A program made the position numbers and the translations under genes. A stretch of DNA of 64,000 nucleotides from Escherichia coli (GTDB lineage: Bacteria; Pseudomonadota; Gammaproteobacteria; Enterobacterales; Enterobacteriaceae): NCBI RefSeq assembly GCF_003018255.1, contig NZ_CP027440.1; one strand, given 5' to 3'. This document shows positions 1 to 7,761 of this stretch, one piece after another. The notes under the pieces were generated by a model. That model searched no databases and was not told the DNA's origin. It worked only from the letters and a program-made list of their open reading frames with translations. Within the stretch, counting starts at the first letter, position 1, and every line of letters starts with the position of its first letter.

Positions 1-198
1 TTGTCGGGTACGTTGTTCAGCAATAATGGTATTTGCTTCAGTAGCAACTTGTTTTGCTTCATTCTCATCAGTTCCTAAGCTATGAAAACGACCGGATAGT
101 GGATGTTTGTATTGCCAATATACCTTTCCGGTTCGCTTATCTAATTTGCAATATAAATTGGGTATAGAGATTTTGTGAGATCGGGGTCTAGCAGCCAT
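1..198 (-). CDS. int: lambda-family tyrosine integrase, first 66 codons only (continues past window edge)
   Basis: Reverse-strand ATG at 196-198. Translation MAARPRSHKISIPNLYCKLDKRTGKVYWQYKHPLSGRFHSLG... resembles the arm-binding N-terminus of lambda Int (MGRRRSHERRDLPPNLYIR...). It overlaps the xis stop by 11 nt, as in lambda. Confidence 0.8.
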   Translation of the reverse strand, partial: MAARPRSHKISIPNLYCKLDKRTGKVYWQYKHPLSGRFHSLGTDENEAKQVATEANTIIAEQRTRQ

Positions 199-424
199 CA
201 GCGATTATCCGTTGGAGTTTTGGGTTTGCGTTTATTGGGAGTTGCGGTTCTGCAAGCGTTCCTACAAAACGGGAATTTCGGTCAATCATCCAGTAGCGAC
301 CAACTTTTATAGCGGGTGGGGCCATCATTTTCCCTTGCGCGTATTTTTTCAGAACTCGCTCACTTGGTGCTAAGTCCCCAAATTCTTCTTTAGCCCAGTC
401 CTGTAAAGTGATTAGTCGAGACAT
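188..424 (-). CDS. xis: excisionase
   Basis: 78-aa ORF directly upstream of and overlapping int, with a strong SD (AGAGGAGGACAA-ATG). It has a LTLQDWA...VGRYWM pattern like lambda Xis (YLTLQEWN...GREYLF). Confidence 0.7.
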   Translation of the reverse strand: MSRLITLQDWAKEEFGDLAPSERVLKKYAQGKMMAPPAIKVGRYWMIDRNSRFVGTLAEPQLPINANPKLQRIIADGC

Positions 425-563
425 TTGTCCTCCTCTTAGCTGCTGAGGGAGTTTGTGACCGATATATCTGACATGATATTAAGCTCATGGCAGGTACATC
501 TCTTGACTGGTCATAGAGATAAATTTAATGCTGAGAAATGCAGTATTGAATTTATCAATTTTT

Positions 564-803
564 CTATTTCCTGCGTATGGCACGTAACTTCTTAATGTGT
601 TCTGCCGTTTCGATCTCTTCTGCTATCCGATCTGCATCAGCTTTATTCACAGGTTCAAAGTCATGATTAAAGCGGAACATGCTGGCGATACATGTTCTGC
701 CTTTTCGGATGTAGTGAACTTTGTTGTGGGTAGAACGCAGGATTTTGCAGGGAGTGCCGTGGTGGTCGACGTACCAGGTGTTAGGAAAAATGATTCTGAA
801 CAT
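564..803 (-). CDS. small phage early-left protein (DUF4222-like, from memory)
   Basis: 79-aa ORF with a GAGGTG SD, co-oriented with the early-left operon. No recognisable catalytic motif. Confidence 0.5.
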   Translation of the reverse strand: MFRIIFPNTWYVDHHGTPCKILRSTHNKVHYIRKGRTCIASMFRFNHDFEPVNKADADRIAEEIETAEHIKKLRAIRRK

Positions 804-850
804 TTTTACACCTCAGTTGGACGATGTTGAAATTTGCTGCTTTGAGGCCA

Positions 851-1069
851 TCACAATCCCCATTGTTTGTTCTTAAGTTCGATCTCCTCCTGGCAACTTG
901 CACAAGTCCGACAACCCTGAACGACCAGGCGTCTTCGCTCATCTATCGGATCGCCACACTCACAACAATGAGTGGCAGATACAGTCTGGTAGTTCAGACG
1001 ACGCATTTTTATTGCTGTATTGCGCTGTAATTCTTCGATTTCTGATGCTGAATCAATGATGTCTGCCAT
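851..1069 (-). CDS. TraR/DksA-family C4 zinc-finger protein
   Basis: 72 aa with CCECGDPI...(17 aa)...CRTCASC, the four-Cys spacing typical of phage TraR/DksA-like proteins. Confidence 0.7.
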   Translation of the reverse strand: MADIIDSASEIEELQRNTAIKMRRLNYQTVSATHCCECGDPIDERRRLVVQGCRTCASCQEEIELKNKQWGL

Positions 1070-1167
1070 CTTCCATTAATCCCTGAATTGTTGGTTAATA
1101 CGCTTGAGGGTGAATGCGAATAATAAAAAAGGAGCCTGTAGCTCCCTGATGATTTTGCTTTTCATGT

Positions 1168-1449
1168 TCACCGTTCCTTAAAGACGCCGTTTAACATGCC
1201 GATTGCCAGACTTAAGTGAGTCGGTGTGAATCCCATCAGCGTTACCGTTTCGCGGTGCTTCTTCAGTACGCTACGGCAAATGTCATCGACGTTTTTATCC
1301 GGAAACTGCTGTCTGGCTTTTTTGATTTCAGAATTAGCCTGACGGGCAATACTGCGAAGGGCGTTTTCTTGCTGAGGTGTCATTGAACAAGTCCCATGTC
1401 GGCAAGCATAAGCACACAGAATATGAAGCCCGCTGCCAGAAAAATGCAT
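1168..1449 (-). CDS. hypothetical early-left protein (alternative start at 1383 gives 71 aa)
   Basis: The ORF's ATG at 1449 directly abuts the upstream gene's stop (TGAATG), suggesting coupling. The first 22 codons are Cys/His-rich and look non-native, so the MTPQQENALRS start at 1383 is equally plausible. Confidence 0.4.
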   Translation of the reverse strand: MHFSGSGLHILCAYACRHGTCSMTPQQENALRSIARQANSEIKKARQQFPDKNVDDICRSVLKKHRETVTLMGFTPTHLSLAIGMLNGVFKER

Positions 1450-1459
1450 TCAGTGGTTG

Positions 1460-1651
1460 TCATACCTGGTCTCTCTCATCTGCTTCTGCTTTCGCCACCA
1501 TCATTTCCAGCTTTTGTGAAAGGGATGTGGCTAACGTATGAAATTCTTCGTCTGTTTCTGCTGGTATTGGCACAAACCTGACTCCAATTTGAGCAAGGCT
1601 ATGTGCCATCTCAATGCTCATTCTTAACTCAACAGGAGATGCTTTGTGCAT
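1460..1651 (-). CDS. lambda orf63-like protein
   Basis: 63 aa, same length and position (just downstream of orf60a/exo) as lambda orf63. Sequence [10 protein letters not shown]...AKAEADERDQV matches my recollection of that protein. Confidence 0.65.
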   Translation of the reverse strand: MHKASPVELRMSIEMAHSLAQIGVRFVPIPAETDEEFHTLATSLSQKLEMMVAKAEADERDQV

Positions 1652-1812
1652 ACAGCCCCTCGTTTATTATTTATCTCCTCAGCCAGCCGCTGGGCTTTCA
1701 GTGGATTTTGGATAACAGAAAGGCTGGGAAATACCCAGCCTCGCTTTGTAACGGAGTAGACGAAAGTGATCGCACCTACCCGGATATTATCGTGAGGATG
1801 CTTCATCGCCAT
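1624..1812 (-). CDS. lambda orf60a-like protein
   Basis: 62-aa ORF overlapping the exo stop and the orf63 start, as in lambda. Confidence 0.6.
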   Translation of the reverse strand: MAMKHPHDNIRVGAITFVYSVTKRGWVFPSLSVIQNPLKAQRLAEEINNKRGAVCTKHLLLS

Positions 1813-2483
1813 TGCTCCCCAAATACAAAACCAATTTCAGCCAGTGCCTCGTCCATTTTTTCGATGAACTCCGGCACCATCTCGTCAAAACTCGCCATGT
1901 AATTTTCATCCCGCTCAACCACGACATAATGCAGGCCTTCACGCTTCATTCGTGGGTCATAGTTGGCAAAGTACCAGGCATCTTTTCGCGTCACCCACAT
2001 GCTGTACTGCACCTGGGCCATGTAAGCCGACTTTATGGCCTCGAAACCACCGAGCCGGAATTTCATGAAATCCCGGGAGGTAAACGGGCATTTCAGTTCA
2101 AGGCCGTTGCTGTCACTGCATAAACCATCGGGAGAGCAGGCGGTGCGCATACTTTCGTCGCGATAGATGATCGGGGATTCAGTAACATTCACGCCGGAAG
2201 TGAACTCAAAGAGGGCTCTGGCGTCGTTCTCGTACTGTTTTCCCCAGGCCAGCGCCTTAGCGTTAACTTCCGGAGCCACACCGGTGCAAACCTCGGCAAG
2301 CAGGGTGTGGAAGTAGGACATTTTCATGTCAGGCCATTTCTTTCCGGAGCGGGGTTTTGCTATCACATTGTGAACTTCTGAAGCGGTGATGACGCCGAGC
2401 CGTAATTTGTGCCATGCATCATCCCCCTGTTCGACAGCTCTCACGTCGATCCCGGTACGCTGCAGGATAATGTCCGGTGTCAT
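1803..2483 (-). CDS. exo: lambda exonuclease (Red alpha)
   Basis: 226 aa, [40 protein letters not shown]...GEQWR. Near-identical to remembered lambda Exo. Confidence 0.97.
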   Translation of the reverse strand: MTPDIILQRTGIDVRAVEQGDDAWHKLRLGVITASEVHNVIAKPRSGKKWPDMKMSYFHTLLAEVCTGVAPEVNAKALAWGKQYENDARALFEFTSGVNVTESPIIYRDESMRTACSPDGLCSDSNGLELKCPFTSRDFMKFRLGGFEAIKSAYMAQVQYSMWVTRKDAWYFANYDPRMKREGLHYVVVERDENYMASFDEMVPEFIEKMDEALAEIGFVFGEQWR

Positions 2484-3265
2484 GCTGCCACCTTCTGCTC
2501 AGTGGCTTTCTGTTTCAGGAATCCAAGAGCTTTCACTGCTTCGGCCTGTGTCAGTTCTGACGATGCGCGAATGTCGCGGCGAAATATCTGGGAACAGAGC
2601 GGCAATAAGTCGTCATCCCATGTTTTGTCCAGGGCAATCAGCAGAGTGTTAATCTCCTGCATGGTTTCATCGTTAACCGGAGTGATGTCGCGTTCCGCCT
2701 GACGTTCTGCAGTGTATGCGGTATTTTCGACAATGCGCTCGGCTTCATCCTTGTCATAGATACCAGCAAATCCGAAGGCGAGACGGGCACACTGAATCAT
2801 GGCTTTATGCCGCAACATTCGTTTGGGATGCGACTGCCACGGTCCGGTGATTTCTCTGCCTTCGCGGGTTTTGAATGGTTCGCGGCGGCATTCATCCATC
2901 CATTCGGTAACGCAGATCGGATGATTACGGTCCTTGCGGTAAATCCGGCATGTACAGGATTCATTGTCCTGCTCAAAGTCCATGCCATCAAACTGCTGGT
3001 TTTCATTGATGATGCGGGACCAGCCATCAACGCCCACCACCGGAACGATGCCGTTCTGCTTATCAGGGAAGGCGTAAATTTCTTTCGTCCACGGATTAAG
3101 GCCGTACTGGTTGGCGACGATCAACAATGCGATGAACTGCGCATCGCTGGCATCACCTTTAAATGCCGTCTGGCGAAGAGTGGTGATCAGTTCCTGTGGG
3201 TCGACAGAATCCATGCCGACACGTTCAGCCAGCTTCCCTGCCAGCGTTGCGAGTGCTGTACTCAT
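2480..3265 (-). CDS. bet: lambda Beta single-strand annealing protein (Red beta)
   Basis: 261 aa, [66 protein letters not shown]... Near-identical to lambda Bet. 4-nt overlap with exo. Confidence 0.97.
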   Translation of the reverse strand: MSTALATLAGKLAERVGMDSVDPQELITTLRQTAFKGDASDAQFIALLIVANQYGLNPWTKEIYAFPDKQNGIVPVVGVDGWSRIINENQQFDGMDFEQDNESCTCRIYRKDRNHPICVTEWMDECRREPFKTREGREITGPWQSHPKRMLRHKAMIQCARLAFGFAGIYDKDEAERIVENTAYTAERQAERDITPVNDETMQEINTLLIALDKTWDDDLLPLCSQIFRRDIRASSELTQAEAVKALGFLKQKATEQKVAA

Positions 3266-3270
3266 CCGTT

Positions 3271-3567
3271 TTATACCTCTGAATCAATATCAACCTGATG
3301 GTGAGCAATGGTTTCAACCATGTACCGGATGTGTTCTGCCATGCGCTCCTGAAACTCAACATCGTCATCAAACGCACGGGTAATGGCTTTTTTGCTGGCC
3401 CCGTGGCGTTGCAAATGATCGATACATAGCGATTCAAACAGGTGCTGGGGCAGGCCTTTTTCCATGTTGTCTGCCAGTTCTGCCTCTTTCTCTTCACAGG
3501 CGATCTGCTGGTAGTGACGCGCCCAGCTCTGAGCCTCAAGACGATCCTGAATGTAATAAGCGTTCAT
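3271..3567 (-). CDS. gam: Gam RecBCD inhibitor (98-aa GamS form)
   Basis: [21 protein letters not shown]...[10 protein letters not shown] matches lambda GamS. The upstream extension that gives the 138-aa form in lambda is out of frame and stopped here. Confidence 0.93.
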   Translation of the reverse strand: MNAYYIQDRLEAQSWARHYQQIACEEKEAELADNMEKGLPQHLFESLCIDHLQRHGASKKAITRAFDDDVEFQERMAEHIRYMVETIAHHQVDIDSEV

Positions 3568-3642
3568 GGCTGAACTCCTGAAAATGGCTGTGAAAATATC
3601 GCCCGCGAAATGCCAGGCTGATTAGGAAAACAGGAAAGGGGA

Positions 3643-3849
3643 TTAGTGATTCAGGCCGTTACCGCGTCCGTCGAGAAAAACTTCCACGAGCAAATCACGG
3701 GTATAAGTGCGCTCGATGCCGCGATGCAGATATAGCCGTCCGCGTAAATTAGCTGATGCAGTCCAGGTACCATCTTTGTGTTTGACCAGCATTCCTGGCA
3801 TGACCGCACCTCGATTAACGGTCTGCGTTCCATAATGTTGATGAACCAT
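3643..3849 (-). CDS. hypothetical 68-aa protein in the kil/cIII position
   Basis: ATG at 3849 is preceded by GGAG at 7 nt. The ORF track extends the frame to a TTG at 4053 (136 aa), and an ATG at 3933 is also possible. No family recognised. Confidence 0.45.
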   Translation of the reverse strand: MVHQHYGTQTVNRGAVMPGMLVKHKDGTWTASANLRGRLYLHRGIERTYTRDLLVEVFLDGRGNGLNH

Positions 3850-4133
3850 AAAAACTCCTGCCCGTAAGCTGGGCTGCTGAACATATAGAGACTTCTGCGC
3901 GTATTCAGGCGGTGGATGGCCGCCGGTTGTCATAACTAAGCCGCCTCGTTGAAGCGACTGAGGTATGAGGTGTTGAGTTGATTTCAGCTGGTCACACCGA
4001 CGTTCACGCGTCCGTTTCACCCCTCGCACTCCCCGGAGCCTGCCGAAATTCAAGCTGCGGATCTAAGCGGTCATCGCAACGGTGAATCAGGCGGTTGCCG
4101 TATCGTTGTGTTGTTGCGACATGGTAATAATAG

Positions 4134-4174
4134 CTATTGCTATTGGTGGTATCAATACTTATTGCTATTGATTG
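4134..4174. promoter_or_regulatory. candidate left operator (OL) region
   Basis: Contains CTATTGCTATTGG (4134-4146) and TTGCTATTGATTG (4162-4174). The 13-mer TTGCTATTGATTG recurs exactly at 6812-6824 in the cI/cro intergenic region. Confidence 0.5.
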
Positions 4175-4298
4175 ATGTGTTTTGATATTAACTGTTTGAT
4201 AGCAAAAAGAATTAATTTTGTGACTTGCATCGCATAGCGATAACTGAAGGGAGGTTGTGGTGGTTTTTCGAACGGTTTGTGTGATGAGGGGAGGGGAC

Positions 4299-4325
4299 AA
4301 AAGAAAACCCGGCACGGTGGCCGGG
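4299..4325 (-). terminator. rho-independent terminator closing the cI-distal kinase operon
   Basis: On the minus strand: CCCGGC-CACCGT-GCCGGG hairpin followed by TTTTCTTTT, starting 1 nt after the stop of the 54-aa ORF. Confidence 0.7.
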
Positions 4326-4490
4326 CTAGATCTTAAAGTATTTATCTTTTAGAGATGTAGATGCAAAATTTTTTGCCTTTGAAAATTTTTTGTCATCAGA
4401 AGAGCTTATGAACTCATCTTTTTTGTAGGGAACCGCTAATGCTGCATCACGTCTGCGAGGCAGCTTACTTACTTCCTCGCACTTTTTCAT
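4326..4490 (-). CDS. 54-aa Lys/Ser-rich peptide, third gene of the kinase operon (below the ORF-track size cutoff)
   Basis: Hand translation: MKKCEEVSKLPRRRDAALAVPYKKDEFISSSDDKKFSKAKNFASTSLKDKYFKI. The ATG lies 2 nt after the kinase stop (TGATCATG), AAGGA lies 9 nt upstream, and the terminator follows the stop. Confidence 0.45.
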   Translation of the reverse strand: MKKCEEVSKLPRRRDAALAVPYKKDEFISSSDDKKFSKAKNFASTSLKDKYFKI

Positions 4491-4492
4491 GA

Positions 4493-5539
4493 TCAGTTAT
4501 CCTTTAATAACCTATACAGTTTTGTAGGGGTACATCCTGAGGATATTGTTAAGTTCGTAGCACGCCTTTTCCGCCCACCATCGTATAAACGAAAACCAGT
4601 AGTAGACGAATTTTCTGCGTCAAAAACTATAGACAGTATAACGTCCCCAGACTTTTTTTGCCATTCATATGTGCCGTTAGTTGGTTTTGTCATCTGTAGA
4701 CGCCAGTCAAGAACGCCATCACTTATAGCTGAGAGATCGTTTAGTACGTCTAGTACGGATTGATATCTTTCATTTGGATCTACATGAATGCATTTGTTTA
4801 CTATTGTTATCAATTTTTTATGTATGTGGGAAGGATACTCTTTTAATGGATAGGAGCCATTAATTATCGACTCTCTGAGTTGTTCAATCGTTCTAAATGC
4901 AGATCTTTCTCTTTCAAAATTATCATATCCAACACACATTCTATATATGGTTAATCCTGCCTGATATATGTCATATGTGAAATTATAATCATTTGTTGAT
5001 AAAGAAAAATATTCCGGTGGCACATGAAAATGATATCCAAACTCAGGCGCAGCTCTCGATTCCTCATTGACTAACTGAGACAATCCAAAGTCAGATAGCA
5101 TGGCCTCATTTCTGTTTGATATCATGATGTTATTAGGTTTTATATCAAAATGCATAAGACCTTTTGAGTGTATATGATAAAGCCCACTTAAAAATTGAAT
5201 AGAATACCGTATTATCTCCCTGCTCGTAAGATTAATCTTTTTTATTAATTGGTTTAGCGAACCATTATGATAAAATGGCATGGCTATATAGATATTGCTC
5301 TCACATTGAGCAGCATACTGAACTTGCACAATATTTGGATGTGCATGTTTATAGAGAAGCCTTGCTTCATTAAAGTAGTCGTCGTGGTTAGTGTTTTCTT
5401 TTTTTTCTATTTCTTTAATCACCAAGTCATGAGCTAGGTGTCTGTCATGAGCCAGATATACTTTTGAAAAACAACCCTGTTCTTCTAGATCACGAATCCA
5501 TTCGAATGCTACATCAGCTCTTTTGTATGGAGTCAGCAT
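4493..5539 (-). CDS. Hanks-type (eukaryotic-like) Ser/Thr protein kinase with ~80-aa C-terminal extension
   Basis: Motifs in order: LVIK42E (VAIK-like), E58, H130-F-D-I-K-P-N-N (HxDxKxxN catalytic loop), D150-F-G, VPPEY (APE-like). AT-rich. ATGCTGA overlap with the upstream gene. Confidence 0.85.
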   Translation of the reverse strand: MLTPYKRADVAFEWIRDLEEQGCFSKVYLAHDRHLAHDLVIKEIEKKENTNHDDYFNEARLLYKHAHPNIVQVQYAAQCESNIYIAMPFYHNGSLNQLIKKINLTSREIIRYSIQFLSGLYHIHSKGLMHFDIKPNNIMISNRNEAMLSDFGLSQLVNEESRAAPEFGYHFHVPPEYFSLSTNDYNFTYDIYQAGLTIYRMCVGYDNFERERSAFRTIEQLRESIINGSYPLKEYPSHIHKKLITIVNKCIHVDPNERYQSVLDVLNDLSAISDGVLDWRLQMTKPTNGTYEWQKKSGDVILSIVFDAENSSTTGFRLYDGGRKRRATNLTISSGCTPTKLYRLLKDN

Positions 5540-5994
5540 CCCCTTACCTCCGCAGATAGTGCAGCCAAAACAGCTTCATTTGTTTCAGTTGTAAAACCAG
5601 AATTATCGATTCCATTTATATTACGGTGTGACTTCAATATTTCTTTATACTCGATCTCTGTTAGGTTCAATGATGACTTCATACCAGATTTTCTAATGGT
5701 GTAATATCTTCTTACATCACTGCTTGAAAATGCTTCTTGAATAACAGCTTCTATATAAAGGCGGTCAATGCTAAGATTATCAGAGTTTGATTCAGTAACG
5801 CGTATAGCAGCTAATTCAACATTATATAAATTAAGAATGTCGAGGATGTTATTTCGCACATACTTTAATTTTTCTGGTGTGTCTAAGGTCGAAGGTATTT
5901 TAATAACATCAACACATTTGAGTGCAGACTCATCAGTGCAATATACAACAAAAGATGTAACTTTGGGCGCCGCCCTAACACCTAGTATTCTCAT
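5533..5994 (-). CDS. 153-aa protein, first gene of the kinase operon (DUF3010-like, possibly RNase H-like fold, from memory)
   Basis: MRILGVRAAPKV... N-terminus and ...RVTESN..DRLYIEAVIQEAF resemble my recollection of DUF3010. Its stop overlaps the kinase start by 7 nt. Confidence 0.55.
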   Translation of the reverse strand: MRILGVRAAPKVTSFVVYCTDESALKCVDVIKIPSTLDTPEKLKYVRNNILDILNLYNVELAAIRVTESNSDNLSIDRLYIEAVIQEAFSSSDVRRYYTIRKSGMKSSLNLTEIEYKEILKSHRNINGIDNSGFTTETNEAVLAALSAEVRGC

Positions 5995-6074
5995 TTTTTA
6001 TATCCCATTTTAGAATCAGGCTGCGTTTCTGCAGCCTCTCTCATCACCCAAATGTCTAATCAGGCTATTATTGA

Positions 6075-6767
6075 TTATCCATGTTTCCTGTATGTTTGCG
6101 GCATGCTCCCAATAACTTTCCCGAAGATAAACACCCGGTTCATCTCGTCTTTCTCGATTGGGTCCCACGGTGAGTAGCTCTTGTTATCAGAGATAACCAG
6201 CAGTTTATCCTTCATCATTTGCAGGCGCTTAACATGGGCTGTGTCGTCATACAGAAACGCATAGATACCATCACCGTCGAAAGATTTAACAGTGATATCA
6301 ACGAACAGAAGATCACCTGGTTCGATCGTTCCTGACATGCTGTCACCGCGTACGTTAATGATGCGGATATTTTCTGCCTTCCTGCCATCGAACATGTGAC
6401 GAGCATCGTCAAACGAGTACTCAACCGAGCGTAGAACTTCTACAAACTCACGGTTGATGACTCCCGGCCCGGCACTCACTTCTATATCAAGAACGTCAAT
6501 CTTGAAGTATTTGGGATGGTTGGCAGCAGGCTTCCCTGATTGTTGACCGTCATTTCTCATCGGGCCTATGCCTGATGAGAGCCACTCTGTTCGAACACCC
6601 AATGCATTAGCTATTTCAACAATTTTTGTTGAGCCGCGTGCGTTGCCGCTTGTCAGTCTCCAGATTGTGGGTTGAGCTACGCCAGACGCCTTTGCAAGAG
6701 CGCCTTGAGACATTCCAGATTGTTCCATCGCTAGGTTTAAGCGATCAGCAAGAGTTTCTTTTTTCAT
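6075..6767 (-). CDS. cI: CI-type prophage repressor (XRE HTH + S24 LexA-like peptidase)
   Basis: MKKETLADRLN...MSQGALAKASGVAQPTIWRL (HTH), a SAG candidate Ala-Gly cleavage site, GDSMSGTI (Ser) and HVKRL (Lys). Divergent from the cro-like gene. The ORF-track TTG start at 6803 is less likely than the ATG at 6767. Resembles e14 CohE from memory. Confidence 0.85.
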   Translation of the reverse strand: MKKETLADRLNLAMEQSGMSQGALAKASGVAQPTIWRLTSGNARGSTKIVEIANALGVRTEWLSSGIGPMRNDGQQSGKPAANHPKYFKIDVLDIEVSAGPGVINREFVEVLRSVEYSFDDARHMFDGRKAENIRIINVRGDSMSGTIEPGDLLFVDITVKSFDGDGIYAFLYDDTAHVKRLQMMKDKLLVISDNKSYSPWDPIEKDEMNRVFIFGKVIGSMPQTYRKHG

Positions 6768-6809
6768 AAGTTTTAATTTATACGCTTGCGTATTGATGGT
6801 CAAAACACG

Positions 6810-6869
6810 TTTTGCTATTGATTGGGTTAATACGCATTGCTATTATCCATTCATTGTAATACCAATAGG
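6810..6869. promoter_or_regulatory. candidate right operator/PR-PRM region
   Basis: Divergent intergenic region with TTTTGCTATTGATTGG (6810-6825), GCATTGCTATTATCC (6835-6848) and CCAATAGG (6862-6869). It shares a 13-mer with the OL candidate. Confidence 0.5.
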
Positions 6870-6877
6870 AATTGATA

Positions 6878-7105
6878 ATGACAAATCAAACCATTCAACT
6901 CGCAATCAGTATTACAGGTAGCCAAAAACGACTGGCAGATCTATGCGGTGTAGCCCAGCCCACTGTTTGGCGTTGGCTACACGGTGGGGGAATTGATGCC
7001 CGCTATGTAATGAAAATTGTCTCAGCCACTGGTGGAAAGATTAAACCAGCAGATATTCGTCCCGACCTTGCACCATTGTTTAACGCGAGTAATTCTGCCG
7101 CCTAA
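6878..7105 (+). CDS. cro: Cro/YdaS-family HTH regulator
   Basis: 75 aa, GSQKRLADLCGVAQPTVWRWL helix-turn-helix, first gene rightward of the operator region. Confidence 0.7.
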   Translation: MTNQTIQLAISITGSQKRLADLCGVAQPTVWRWLHGGGIDARYVMKIVSATGGKIKPADIRPDLAPLFNASNSAA

Positions 7106-7129
7106 ACTGCGGCGTTAACTGATAAGGCA

Positions 7130-7675
7130 ATGATTATGCAACCACTTACATACCAACAGACTAGCGGATTTAGCCCGACTGCGGTGATAAATCGTTCTCA
7201 AATAAAACAGGTGCCAGGCCACGAAAAAATCCGTGATGCCGTTCGCGCCTGGTCGGCTGCAGATAATCAGGATGTTGTTGCCGCACTCATTGTGAATGAG
7301 TATCGGGAGCAGGGCGGCGGCACCATCGATTTCCCTGATGATGTCAGCCGTGCACGCCAGAAGCTGTTCCGCTTCCTCGATAACAAATTCGATTCTGAAA
7401 AATACCGAAATAACGTGCGTGAACTGACCCCGGCAATTCTGGCGGTACTACCGCTGGAATATCGCGGCCACCTGGTTGAGCAGGATAGCTTCATGGCTCG
7501 GCTGGCTGAAATGGAAAAGGAACTCTGTGAGGCAAAGCAGGCGGTCATTCTCAACGCACCACGCCACCAGAAACTGAAGGAGATGAGTGAAGGCATTGTG
7601 TCGATGTTTCGAGTGGACCCGGATCTGGCTGGTCCATTGATGGCGATGGTCACCACCATGCTGGGGGCAATATGA
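7130..7675 (+). CDS. early regulatory protein in the cII slot (e14 YmfL / YdaT-like, from memory)
   Basis: 181-aa ORF between cro and O. Assigned by position plus a weak recollection of e14/Rac homologues. Confidence 0.5.
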   Translation: MIMQPLTYQQTSGFSPTAVINRSQIKQVPGHEKIRDAVRAWSAADNQDVVAALIVNEYREQGGGTIDFPDDVSRARQKLFRFLDNKFDSEKYRNNVRELTPAILAVLPLEYRGHLVEQDSFMARLAEMEKELCEAKQAVILNAPRHQKLKEMSEGIVSMFRVDPDLAGPLMAMVTTMLGAI

Positions 7676-7761
7676 CAGGTTCAAAAATGGCGAAAGTCGG
7701 TCTGCGGGAACAGAACCGACTTTCAGGTGCAAATCGTAACACACTCATTGCGGGAGGAATT

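Noticed and set aside
3568-3642. Possible long (138-aa) Gam isoform.
   Set aside because: The DNA upstream of the GamS ATG resembles lambda, but a 1-nt difference shifts the frame and stops occur. Only the 98-aa form is encoded.
3850-4053. Arg-rich N-terminal extension (MNFGRLRGVRGVKRTRERRCDQLK...) of the 136-aa frame just downstream of the candidate pL. It is superficially like the arginine-rich motif of N antiterminators, and a CGCTTAGA boxA-like string lies upstream.
   Set aside because: The start would be a TTG without an SD. The composition looks like random translation of GC-rich DNA. No convincing boxB hairpin follows the boxA-like string. A strong SD precedes the internal ATG at 3849. 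This stays open as a low-probability alternative and is not annotated.
4004-4315. 103-aa minus-strand ORF from the ORF track.
   Set aside because: It starts inside the terminator hairpin with GTG, runs through the operator-like repeats, and encodes a Thr/Ser/Gln-rich low-complexity sequence. It is more likely regulatory DNA.
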